A DNA stretch of 64,000 nt, from assembly GCA_027923505.1 (NCBI GenBank), contig BROI01000002.1, positions 806,001 to 870,000 on the forward strand, read 5' to 3'. Below are positions 53,764 through 64,000 of the stretch, one piece after another (position 1 is the first letter of the stretch; the number at the start of each line of letters is the position of its first letter). This DNA comes from Mayamaea pseudoterrestris. Taxonomy: Eukaryota. The translations under genes were made by a program, and so were the position numbers. The notes beneath the pieces were generated by a model that had not been told where the DNA came from, did not search any database, and saw only the letters and a program-made list of their open reading frames with translations.

Positions 53764-56700
53764 ATGAATGCGCAGCGGCGAAGGAAGGAGGGTCCGTTTC
53801 GAACTCCGCGACAGCAGCTGCAGCCACCTCATAATACTCCCTTTGCAACAAGTGCCAAGAACTCACTACTGCGGGAGACTACAGACTCGAAGAAGCAAGT
53901 GACGACGACGGAATCAGCCTTGACTCCCTTTTCCAATATTGCGCGAGTCGTTACCTTTAGTCCCTCCGACGACGAATTAGAAGACATTTCACTCATTCCA
54001 AACGACACGAGCCAAATCACGGATCGCTCTCCGTCGCCTCCCGGCGAGTCCTTTGCGTCATTTGGGAAAAAGCATGGAAGTAGTCGACGCATATCGTCGT
54101 CATTGCCTCCTGGATTTTCTCCGTCCCATCCATCGCCGCCTGGTAATCGATTCGATCATGAGCGTCACGAGGGAGACGATGGATACGCGAAGGACGATGA
54201 AATAGATGAAGCAGATGACGACGACGACGGCCAACCTTGGGCCATGATTGGAGACTTTGAAACACACGGAGACGATCCTGCTGACTACAGCAGTGATTTA
54301 GTTATTCAACAATCAACTTTTACGCCCGAGGTGACGCCTTTGAAAAACAATACAACGACTGCAACAAAACGTGGTCACGGCGCACGGCAGACGCAGACTT
54401 TGGAGCAAGTTTGCGGCGCCGCAACTACTTTGCGACTCGCTCCCACTCTTGCGACTGAATCGCCCCCGGACGATACGCAGCGAATTCCAAATGCTGCCAA
54501 CTTGAACGTATCGTCCGACTCGCAGCAGCAGGATCCTCCAAGCGCCTTGGATGTATTCAGAGTCAATGAAACGGACCTTGCGCTCGAGGAGCAAGCCTTT
54601 TATCTTGACAAGATCCAAGAGTTAGAGGAGCAACTACGAGACGCTCATATATTGATACAACAGCAGCAGCATCAAGCCGTAACACCTGGTGGTGTTCAAA
54701 ACGGAGCTAATCTGTTGCTGCAACTAAAGTCCAAACGTTTGCAAACGCCAAAGACTCCAAAACCAACACTTCCACCGTCGCTAGAGTCACTTTGGGAACG
54801 CAACCAGACGTTGGTGACGGAGATTCGCTTCGCCGATCAAACGTGTGTGGAGTTGTCGAGCGAAAAGGAGTCCTTGCAGAGCCGCTTGCAGGCCACCGAA
54901 AACCGACTTGTGGACGAGCGGGCGACGAACCAACGGCTCATTGAACAAGTCAAGGAGGCCAATCAACTGTTTGCTCAAGCACAAAGTCGCAGCGATCTTG
55001 ATGCAGTGCGAATGGAACAGCTTCAGACGGAGCGCCTGCAGGACAAGGAGACGATTCATCGTTTGCAGCAAGAGCTGACGCATGCGCGCGACGAGCTGGA
55101 ATCCAAAGAGCAAGGCGTTTCGCTTGCGGAGGCGCTCCAGAGAGGATTAGCGGAAGCCAGTCAAAACAAGCGTCATGTTCAGCTGGTTGACTCGCTGCAG
55201 CAGAAAGTGGTTCAGATTGCGAAGGAGAAAGATGATCTTGAAAAAGCTTATGATCGACTGAAAAACGAGCACAATCACCTGCAGCAAAAGTATAACGCCG
55301 TAAAGACTGGCCTCCAATGCGTTGAGGAAACTCACAAGGCGGAATACACTAAAATGGCTGAGACGCTTGCTTCGGTTTTGGAATGGGTGACGGGAAAGAC
55401 CGACGCTTTGGATCAAAGCGTAAACGAGGCTGTGCAGAAGTGTTCAATCCGCGTTTCATCGCTCACTTTGAGCGTCGCATCCTTGAAAGCTGTTGCTGAC
55501 GCCAATCTGCCGCCAGCACCAGGAGACCGTTCGCCGCTGGCTCGACGCAGTCCTGGAACCATTGGCTCGCCCGAGAGCGCCGTTTTCTTCACGCCTGTGA
55601 ATCAAAGTCGAAATGGTTTTGATGCTTTGACTGGCATTGAGGACACTACAAAGCTATCGGCTGCAATAGGTGCAACTGTAACAGATGATGAGTTAGAGGG
55701 AATGAAAAAATCTCTCCAGTTGCTAGAAGCCGATGATGTGTACGAATCGTCGAATACACCCAAGGCAGTCTCGTTTGCCATGGATCGCCTCGACACTGAC
55801 GCAAACACCTCTCTTGGCAATCAGCGACTCGGCTCTAATGGTTCGATGGATTTAAATGGGTCAGTGAACTTGTGGTCTCCCGGCTTTACCGAGGCTCAGC
55901 TAGAAGCACGCATTGCCGAACTCACCAACGAGCTAGATGCCTTAAACACTGCGCATGTGCATGTTTGGGATGAACGTGAATCCCTTCAAAGTGAGCTTGC
56001 GACTGTTCAGGAAAAGGCGAAGTATCTGGAAAAGCAGTTACAATCTGCTGAGCTTGACGTAAAGTCTGCTCGTGACGAATCCGCTCAAAGTCGTCTGGCA
56101 TTCCAGACTCAAATTGATTCTCTACGAAGCATTATAAATACGTTAACAAATGAATGCGATTTGGTGAAGTTGTCGTTCCAACAAAGCCAGGAACAACTTA
56201 AATACCTTAGCGACGAGAGAGATTTGCTGACCAACGAGCGTGGCGAGAAGGAACTCCTTGAGCGAAAGGTTGTTGAAACTGAGACACTTTGCATGACATT
56301 GCGGAATCAGCTAGAGACTTTGGAAAATGAAATATCAGAACAAGGAATGCAGGTTCGAGAGATGGAACAGGAGGTTACTGGGCACTTATTGGCAGCGTCC
56401 GAGCAAGAATTAAAATTGAAGCTTCTAGTCGAGGAGAATGCGATGATCCGCCGTGATTTAGATGATGTAATTATAAACACGGGCGAGAAGCTGTCACAAA
56501 CGGCTGATGAATTGGAAATTGCTTTGTCTGCCATGGAACAGTCTCAAAAAAGATGCAATGCGCTTGAGGGAAGCCTGGCTGAACTGCAGGACAAATATTC
56601 TGCGCTGACGAGCAAGGCCGACGAAACGACGGCATGCCTACAGGTGACAAGTCGGGAGTATGATCAAGCGCAAGCGGAACTGGCAGTTTGGCGACAGCAT

Positions 56701-57240
56701 TTGACGACGCTGGAAAATCTTATTAGTGAGTTCGTTGGTACCGATGAAGGAACTATGACTGTCATGGGAGTGGATACTGTGGAGCGATACGCGAGTGCCA
56801 TTGCCGTTCTTGAGCAAACCCTCACATGTTTCAAGTCGAAGAACATTGACCTGTCAAACAAACTCGCCGAAACAATTGCTCTACTAACTGAAAAAGATAC
56901 GGACGCTCGCTCATCTTTCGACCAAGCTGCTGTTCTACTAGTCAAGGTTCATAAACTAAAGGATTACGGTCGCAAGCTGAGGTCAAAGTGTGACGAATGG
57001 GAGCTATATTGTGACAAGCAGTCAGCTACAATCGCAAAACTCCAATCGCTTTACCATCAAACTAGAACACAAGCAATGGAATTCATGCACGCGCTCGAAA
57101 AACGAGAGCAAGAGTATCTTAATGAACGAGCCTTTTGGGAAAGTGAGAGGCAGCAATTCACAAATCAGTTCGAGGACATAACCCGTGTCCTGCTTGAAAC
57201 GCCCACGGTTGCCATACTTAACTCACCACCACCTTCTTAG
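53764..57240 (+). CDS. Large coiled-coil protein with disordered S/T-P-rich N-terminus
   Basis: Long ORF (53566..57240); E/Q/L/K-rich heptads over most of its length. ATG 53764 is the likely start. Confidence 0.75.
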   Translation: MNAQRRRKEGPFRTPRQQLQPPHNTPFATSAKNSLLRETTDSKKQVTTTESALTPFSNIARVVTFSPSDDELEDISLIPNDTSQITDRSPSPPGESFASFGKKHGSSRRISSSLPPGFSPSHPSPPGNRFDHERHEGDDGYAKDDEIDEADDDDDGQPWAMIGDFETHGDDPADYSSDLVIQQSTFTPEVTPLKNNTTTATKRGHGARQTQTLEQVCGAATTLRLAPTLATESPPDDTQRIPNAANLNVSSDSQQQDPPSALDVFRVNETDLALEEQAFYLDKIQELEEQLRDAHILIQQQQHQAVTPGGVQNGANLLLQLKSKRLQTPKTPKPTLPPSLESLWERNQTLVTEIRFADQTCVELSSEKESLQSRLQATENRLVDERATNQRLIEQVKEANQLFAQAQSRSDLDAVRMEQLQTERLQDKETIHRLQQELTHARDELESKEQGVSLAEALQRGLAEASQNKRHVQLVDSLQQKVVQIAKEKDDLEKAYDRLKNEHNHLQQKYNAVKTGLQCVEETHKAEYTKMAETLASVLEWVTGKTDALDQSVNEAVQKCSIRVSSLTLSVASLKAVADANLPPAPGDRSPLARRSPGTIGSPESAVFFTPVNQSRNGFDALTGIEDTTKLSAAIGATVTDDELEGMKKSLQLLEADDVYESSNTPKAVSFAMDRLDTDANTSLGNQRLGSNGSMDLNGSVNLWSPGFTEAQLEARIAELTNELDALNTAHVHVWDERESLQSELATVQEKAKYLEKQLQSAELDVKSARDESAQSRLAFQTQIDSLRSIINTLTNECDLVKLSFQQSQEQLKYLSDERDLLTNERGEKELLERKVVETETLCMTLRNQLETLENEISEQGMQVREMEQEVTGHLLAASEQELKLKLLVEENAMIRRDLDDVIINTGEKLSQTADELEIALSAMEQSQKRCNALEGSLAELQDKYSALTSKADETTACLQVTSREYDQAQAELAVWRQHLTTLENLISEFVGTDEGTMTVMGVDTVERYASAIAVLEQTLTCFKSKNIDLSNKLAETIALLTEKDTDARSSFDQAAVLLVKVHKLKDYGRKLRSKCDEWELYCDKQSATIAKLQSLYHQTRTQAMEFMHALEKREQEYLNERAFWESERQQFTNQFEDITRVLLETPTVAILNSPPPS

Positions 57241-57391
57241 CGTTATTTTTAGACGTACTTGTCCTTACGTGTGTTGGTGTCTAAATTACCGGTAGGCAAT
57301 GTATCGTTACGAGAACGCTACTTAGTTAATATGGTAACAACCGAATACCTGAAAATTATCGTAAAGTATAGAGCTGTAAATTAGTGCACGC

Positions 57392-60300
57392 TCATGAAAT
57401 AAAGGCCGAAAGATCCACAACACTGGCAGTGATATCGTCGTGCTTAGATCGGCGCGCCCGTCCAGGGGGAAGAGACATAAGTGCCTGCAAGCTAGAAATA
57501 TTGCGGGTCCGGCGGACCTTGTTCAATACTCGACGAACAATAACGTCGGCAACATTGTAACTGATCCGACCGTTGCGACTACGTTTGCGGCGCTTGGCAA
57601 GAGGACTGGAACTGCGGTTGGGTATCTCATTCGCTGGGCGTTTGCGACCAGCCGCAGCGGAACCTCCAGGTTCGTCGTTTCGTTCAAACAAATCCCACTC
57701 TGAGGTTTCCTTGCAATTGCCGGCGGATAAGTTAGTAGCATCGTCATCCATTGACCCTCTTAGATCCTGCTGCGAATTGATCCGACGGCTGCTTCGACGC
57801 TCCAGCTCAGCGACTCGTTCCTCATAAAAGTTGCGCACCCATCGCAAGACGTCTTCGCCACAGGATCGCTCCCAAACACCATCAGTTGCTAATACAAGAA
57901 CCTTATCTATGTCCTTGACGAGAGGTCGACAATTCACTTCGGGTCGCCCAGTGATGTATGGCGCATGACTCTTGTAAGGAACAAAAGAAAGCAAAGGTGT
58001 TTTCAGATAAGCATCTCCGAGTGCTCGAGTCACAGCCAAACTGCCGGCTACTCGTTTGATGCCGCCTCCGACTCCTGCAGTGATGGCCCGTGGCGCGTTG
58101 TTGCAGCGTCGTAAAACTGCAGTCACTTCGGCAGGGTTGTACGCCGAATGGTCGGTGGTCAGGTCAATGGGGCGAACAGTGGGTGCAAGATGCACGAGAG
58201 GCTGCAAACTTCCGCAAGAAGACTCCGAGGACACGGATACATCAATATCGTTCTCCTCGCGATGGCAGCGGTTGCGACGAGCATCGTCACTCCCAAAAGC
58301 ATCTTCGGCATCTTTTTTCACGACATCAGCCAACAAGGGAGGAAGTGTAATGTACAAGGAAGAATCGTCATCGAGCGCCCGCCGACGAGCAGATTTTCGT
58401 CTCATCATTCTTGATGGAATTGTTGCAAAGGCAGCTGATCCACTTGCAGCGCCATTCGTATTAACGCTCACTGAAGCAGGAGCACCAAGATCTTCTTCTT
58501 CGCTACTGTCTGCGTCATGATCAGAGCTAGATAGGCACTCCGTCTCGTCGCTGCTGTGATGGCTAGACTCGTCGTCCGTAGTGTCTGGGTGGTCGCTGCC
58601 AGTATTTCGCACTTTTATTGTTCGCGGTGGTGCACTCCCTAGCATGACCGCGCGGCAGTCTCCGACATGGGCAGTATATAGGTAGGCATCGTGTGCCCGA
58701 TACGAGTGGCACAAGCATCCACCAAGTGGAAGAATAAGAGACTCTTTGGGTCGATCTGTGTGGTGAATGACACCACGAACAGCTGAGGGACGCTTCCGCG
58801 CATCACTGTCGCGCGAACGATCATCTTCGCCTTCCGTTTCAGTAATCTCAGACTCGATACCCGAAGCCGTGCCAGCTTCCTCGGTTGTCAGTGACGAGGT
58901 GGAACTGGTGGTGCTCATCGAACTTGCAATCTTGGCGCGAGCTGCATAATCCATCATGCGGCGCCGGGCAGCGTCACGATTGGCAAAGCTATTGAATGTT
59001 TGAATCTTCTCAGGAAAAGGCAAGTCCCTGTCTTTGTCTGGTGCGGACACATTGGTCCAGTCGAGTCTCTGGATGGTAAAGACGACGAGAGCACATGCAC
59101 CCGAGTTCCATCGACCATTGCTTTGACAAGAGTTTTGATGGGTCGCCACTGGATCAATCGAATTTATCCAGGCTTCATCCACCGCAAGAAAAGACTCAGT
59201 GATGGCTCTAGATATAATTGTCACTTCCCTTGGACTATGTGTTCCGACGAGTTCAGGGCGAATGGACGGAGATGAAGCAGTCTTCACTGACGTTCTGACT
59301 GAATATACAGGGGCATCCATATGTGCATCATGTCGTGGTATGCGCTCTTCCGCATGCGACATGAGAGACATCACAGGCGATGGTGCTTCCGATGGAATCT
59401 CTAGCGACGAACCAGACGCGACCAGAGAAGCAATCTGTTTCCGTTCTCCGTCTGTTCCGAAAAGAATGTCAACTTCTTCATCTTCATCTTTTTGCTGATG
59501 CTCATGCGGCGACTGATAGTAAATAGAGTTTGGGCTCTTGACGGTGCGATCTGATGTCTTGATCCTGTGTCCAGAGAAGAGCATTCACATTGAACATCAT
59601 TTATTTAAATTGTGAATCTGATTTCGTTTTAACTTACAAACCATCAAGATCTAAGGCATTGGCATCGCGCAGCTGACCATTCACCGTACAGACGCCACGA
59701 TCGACAATGGCGCAGTTCAGAGCTCGCGATATACTTGCGGCAATGTGCGGAAGCAACACCTGTTCAAAACCGCATATAACGAAATGACAGCGAGACATCA
59801 GTGAGTCTCGAGCACTCCGTTCCTCATTTCACATTCTCTGCTTATTTTCAACTTACCTCTGACGCATACGTCGCTACTGCTCCACCGCCATGTCCATCAA
59901 TGACGCTCCACAAGTTGACGCGAATAAGTGTCTTGTGATCCAGCAACGGCAGTTGCGTCTCGGCGTCGTCAAAGTCGTTGGGCAGTGGCTGCAGCAGCAG
60001 ATTCACCAACGAGGCGCTCCGATCCTCGGACGGCGCGTTGGCGGCATGACCGGCGGTCCACATGGATAGTTGCGCTTGTCGAAACTGGGGCAGAGACATT
60101 GGTAAGTGATGTTGTTGGTCATTGTTGTGGTCGTCTTGTTCGCCGCTGGATCTGGCACTGTTCGTGTTGCGAGGAGGCAGTTTCCGATGGTCCTCAAGGT
60201 CATTGGATCCTCCGGATGTCGAGCCAAAGGTACTGCTTGGAGGCGGCGGCGGCATGCTGAATGCTCGATCTCGCAATGACAAATCTGGAGCAGCAGCGGG

Positions 60301-60815
60301 AGCGCGGCGGTGAATGGCCATGAAATCTTTGAGCAAGGCTGGTGTGTTAAACATGGAAGACGCTTGTGTGCCCGTCCCATGAAGAAGATCCTTGCTCGTC
60401 AGAGACAGATTGGAGCTCTCACTCATATATCCCATCATTTCTGCGACACTGTCCTCCTCCTGAAAGAAATGAGTAAATAATAATGAAACAGTGAGTGAGT
60501 AAAAGTAGAAGAGAAAGATATTACAAATTTCATAATTGCTCTTACCTCCGACGACTGCGCACCGCCTCCTCGAGGCGACAAGGACTGTGATGTTTTTCGG
60601 CCCTGCAAAGATGCATCCGCTTGCGATTCTTGTGTTACCGGCAGAGCAAGAGGGCCGTCCATCATGTTGCTGCTCATGCCGTCCGCCGCCAACGAAGCGA
60701 ATGATAATGCAACGTCGGCTGCTGCTGCTGCATTCACCACTGCTGCTGCTGCGTCGACCACTGCTGCCTTTTCATTATTTATATCCGATTTTTCAAGATT
60801 GTCGTTTGCTGACAT
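57392..60815 (-). CDS. PP2C (PPM) family protein phosphatase, 4 exons
   Basis: Exons 60815-60546, 60459-59857, 59759-59638, 59564-57392 splice in frame. Motifs ANAPSEDR, IDGHGG, SGACALVV, AHVGDCRAV, LTTDH, GSLAVTRALGD, LATDGVWE, HDDITASVV. Confidence 0.92.
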
Positions 60816-61693
60816 TATTGTCTGCTTATCAGGTGATGTATAATTTGTTTGATTGCGACAAAGCAATGTACTACAGTAAGCTTATCATCGAAAGAATGTG
60901 TTGAAAGTCGAACGATGATCGAAGCTTTCGTTGCCTGAGTAACGGTGCGACTGCCAGTAATTAATGACGGCGAATCGGACAAGATGCAATAGAGAGGACC
61001 TACTGCGCTCAATCGTCCACAACTTTTGCGTCTAGTCTTTGAAGCGAAAATAGATCGTGATATGTATCAACTGAAGTAGAAGATGGTATGATTCATCCCT
61101 TGCAGAGACTTGCCTTGGATAATAATGGGAATGAGCGAGACGGTACTCGGGCATCTTCATTCTCATTGAGAGTTGAGAGGATTGCTTCCGTTTAATTCCG
61201 CGTTAAGCCTTGTCGCTTTCGTATAAGAAAGTCCCTATTTCTCTATTTCACTATTTCTCTTAAAATCTTCCAGTCCGACATTCAGTATGGGGACGACACG
61301 CTGACGACAGGCGAGATTGAGGCGATACAAACGCTCGTTGACAAGATTTCTCCCTTTATGACCATCAGGAAAAGTTGAATGCCAACGACCGAGCCAAGAA
61401 GCGCATGCGTGGAGCGTTCGGCACAAAGCGCTTCTTTAAATGGAGATTCGATTGGTACAGGATGTCAAACTTGAGACGAAAGTTTGAGTCGAGATTGAAT
61501 GGACTCGACTCGTAGCTCAAGACTCTACAAGCCGATGTCAAGGCGCTGGATGCGGAAAATTTTCTTCCAAGGAGATCGGTGTAGCTACATTGGAAGAGCT
61601 TGAACGGCAGCGAGATGTTCTTTATAGTATTGAACGAGAAGCCAATCGAGTTGACGATGGATTGGCTTGAGCAGAAGCTCATTTAAAGCAGTA

Positions 61694-62313
61694 AGCATTA
61701 CTCATTGTCAATAAATACTTATCGCGCCTGTTGTTGATATTGATACTTACCCGATCATATCCTGAGCTTGAACGGCATCCACATTTCATTGTTTTTGACC
61801 GATTAATTGTCGCAGCTTCGACGTGGTGGCGTCGTAGCTTTGTGATTATCAAAAAGCAGCCTCTCTACGAAAGAGAATGGAGCGCCTCGGATCCATTTAA
61901 TTCGAATGTTATGCACACATTCAAAAGTCTCCAACCTTTGCGACGTGGTTAACTATTTACCACACAAACGGGTAGGCCTTCTGCGAACAGGATGATTTGA
62001 GAGCCAAAATGTACCCAGGACTATGATGATGAGATATTATGAGTATGATACGCCTGACGAGCACACCAGCCAAGAAGGGACGGAACGAACGACGTACAGA
62101 CGGAATGAAGGACTACCACAAGATCAACGACGAGCTTGCCTTCAAGGCCATCCGCAAGAGGACTAAAATATATTGTGTACAGCTATTGTTTACTATGAAG
62201 ATCGAAATAGTCAGAGTGAATCGATACAAAGACTTACCACCGTACCTGGACAGCATTACTCACTGTCAATAAATAATCGCACCTGTCGTTGATATTAATA
62301 CTTACCCGATCAT
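61694..62313 (+). repeat. About 65-bp diverged direct repeat containing AATAAA
   Basis: 61694-61758 and 62252-62313: agcattactcaYtgtcaataaata...atcgcRcctgtYgttgatattRatacttacccgatcat. Confidence 0.8.
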
Positions 62314-62795
62314 TTTATTCCGAGCAAGGCCTGCCAGCGCATTGTCCTCCAATCAGATCAATCGTTTTCACACAGAACAAAACATACATACATTGACTGT
62401 GACTGACAAATATGTCGCGCGATCAACAAAGCAGTGTAGAACAAAGTAAACAAACAGAAGGACGGGATAAGCATTTCGGCTAATCAAGTGATCTTGTCAA
62501 CAACAAGATAGATCACACTTTAATATGTAATTGCTCTTATTTGTTCCTGGGCAGTGAGTCATTTTATTCCGCATGCACTTCACGGAGCACGTGCATTAAT
62601 TGCTCAAATCATATAGCCCCATTCCCCTACTGTAAATACATTGTCTGTCCAATCATATCAATCGTGTCAAGCATTGGGCAGCTCACATATTGACCAACAA
62701 AAATGTCGCGATGCCAGATCCATGCAATCTCGATCATTCATTTCCTTCACTAACCATCATTTTTTTGGTTCACGGCGCCACAAGAGTAAACAAAC

Positions 62796-64000
62796 ATGAA
62801 GTTGTTGTTTGCAGCCGTCGCAATCTGGTTGCTCCCCGCACCTGGCCAGAGTGCAGTGACCTTTGCTCGCCACGAGTATCATTACTTCCCTTATATTGCC
62901 TATAAAGATTTTGGTGACGGTAGCGGTAGCCAAGCAGCAGCGGCGGCATATGCGGACAGCTTAATTGTGGTAAGTAGTAGTTCTCGCCTCTTATCATGGT
63001 CTAATGCTGAACGCGCTGCTTCGTTCGTCGAAATGGAGATTGACTCGCCACTCGAACCTCTTTTGCACCTCGCTTTCGATTCCTGTGAACTCATGGACTC
63101 TCGTCTCTGAATTTGCAGTGCGGCGTGCGCGGGCATCTGGCCGACTTAACGACACGAGAAGAATTCCAAGCAATCACGGCCTCTGGAATTGTTACCGGCC
63201 ACAACGTATGGATTGGACTAACCTACTCTGAAAGCGAAGGCAAGTACATTTGGACAACCGGTCAGCCTCTTTCGACTGTGCCTAACAATGACAACTGGAA
63301 TTCTCCTACGGAGCCTAACGGAGTGTTAATTGGTGAAAATTGTGTCATAATCGAAAGTTCGACCGGCAAATGGTATGACACCGTTTGCTCCACTCCAGGA
63401 TACGATGTTTTGGTCGAATTTGACTGCGCTTATCCTTCACCAGCTGCGATAAGAGTAGTCAGTGGCCATCGCTATGAGTACTACACAACCGCATCCCTTT
63501 CATTGAGTTGGGAGGCGGCTGTGGTTGCATGCGCACAGGTAAGAAAAGCGAGAAGGGTGCCCAAAATTTATATTTAACGCGCTCACTGAAACACTTCTCC
63601 CTCCATTTTGTCTTGCTTTCTAATTGCATTCGTACAGATGGTGCGCTGTGGAGTGTACGGGCATCTTGTTACCTTGACCACGAAAACTGAACAAGATGCA
63701 GTAAAGCTGGCTTTTCAATCACAATTCTCAAGTGATACAAAAGCTTCATGGATTGGATTAAGCGACACAATTACCGAAGGAACCTTCCTTTGGGTCAATG
63801 GAGAGACTTATGTGAAGGACGACCCGAACAATGCAGTTTTCGTCACTGGAGAGCCGAATGATTATGATGGTTTTCCGCCGGGCGAAGACTGCGTTTCGCA
63901 GCGCTTATCAGATTCTTTGTTGAATGATCAACTGTGTGGCGACGCAATCACTCAAGGCGGAATTTGTGAGTTTGATGTTGACTGTCCGACGGAAGCACCA
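62796..64000 (+). CDS. Secreted tandem C-type lectin domain protein (3' truncated by window)
   Basis: Exons 62796-62969, 63119-63538, 63638->64000. Signal peptide and two CTLDs (GHLA...WIGL...EGKYIW...EPN...ENC...WYD..C; GHLV...WIGLSD..TEGTFLW...EPN...EDC...LND..C). Ends at PTEAP. Confidence 0.9.

Overview
Gene-dense eukaryotic nuclear DNA, inferred to be from a diatom (probably pennate). The evidence is short GT-AG introns, a fucoxanthin-chlorophyll antenna gene with an ASAAAFAP targeting motif, other bipartite plastid presequences, HA-domain proteins and a single-domain Nav-like channel. About 31 protein genes can be read, including LTN1, NPRL2, BIO2, QNG1, EF-1alpha, an FCP, an MgtE-type transporter, amino-acid and sugar transporters, a PP2C, a CCT-domain protein and a C-type lectin. 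No rRNA, tRNA, CRISPR array or intact transposon was recognised. The most striking signal is an inverted pair of paralogous secreted proteins (3568-4718 minus; 28097-29234 plus). Each has two copies of an unrecognised domain and six invariant CKFCGSDD motifs encoded by varied synonymous codons. Both promoters carry four GAGGACTCCC-like boxes in the same orientation pattern. Other points: a twice-disrupted aldo-keto reductase, a channel with an aberrant selectivity filter, a hairpin in the long EF-1alpha intron, and tandem ankyrin/MYND paralogs. All calls are by eye; no database searches were run.
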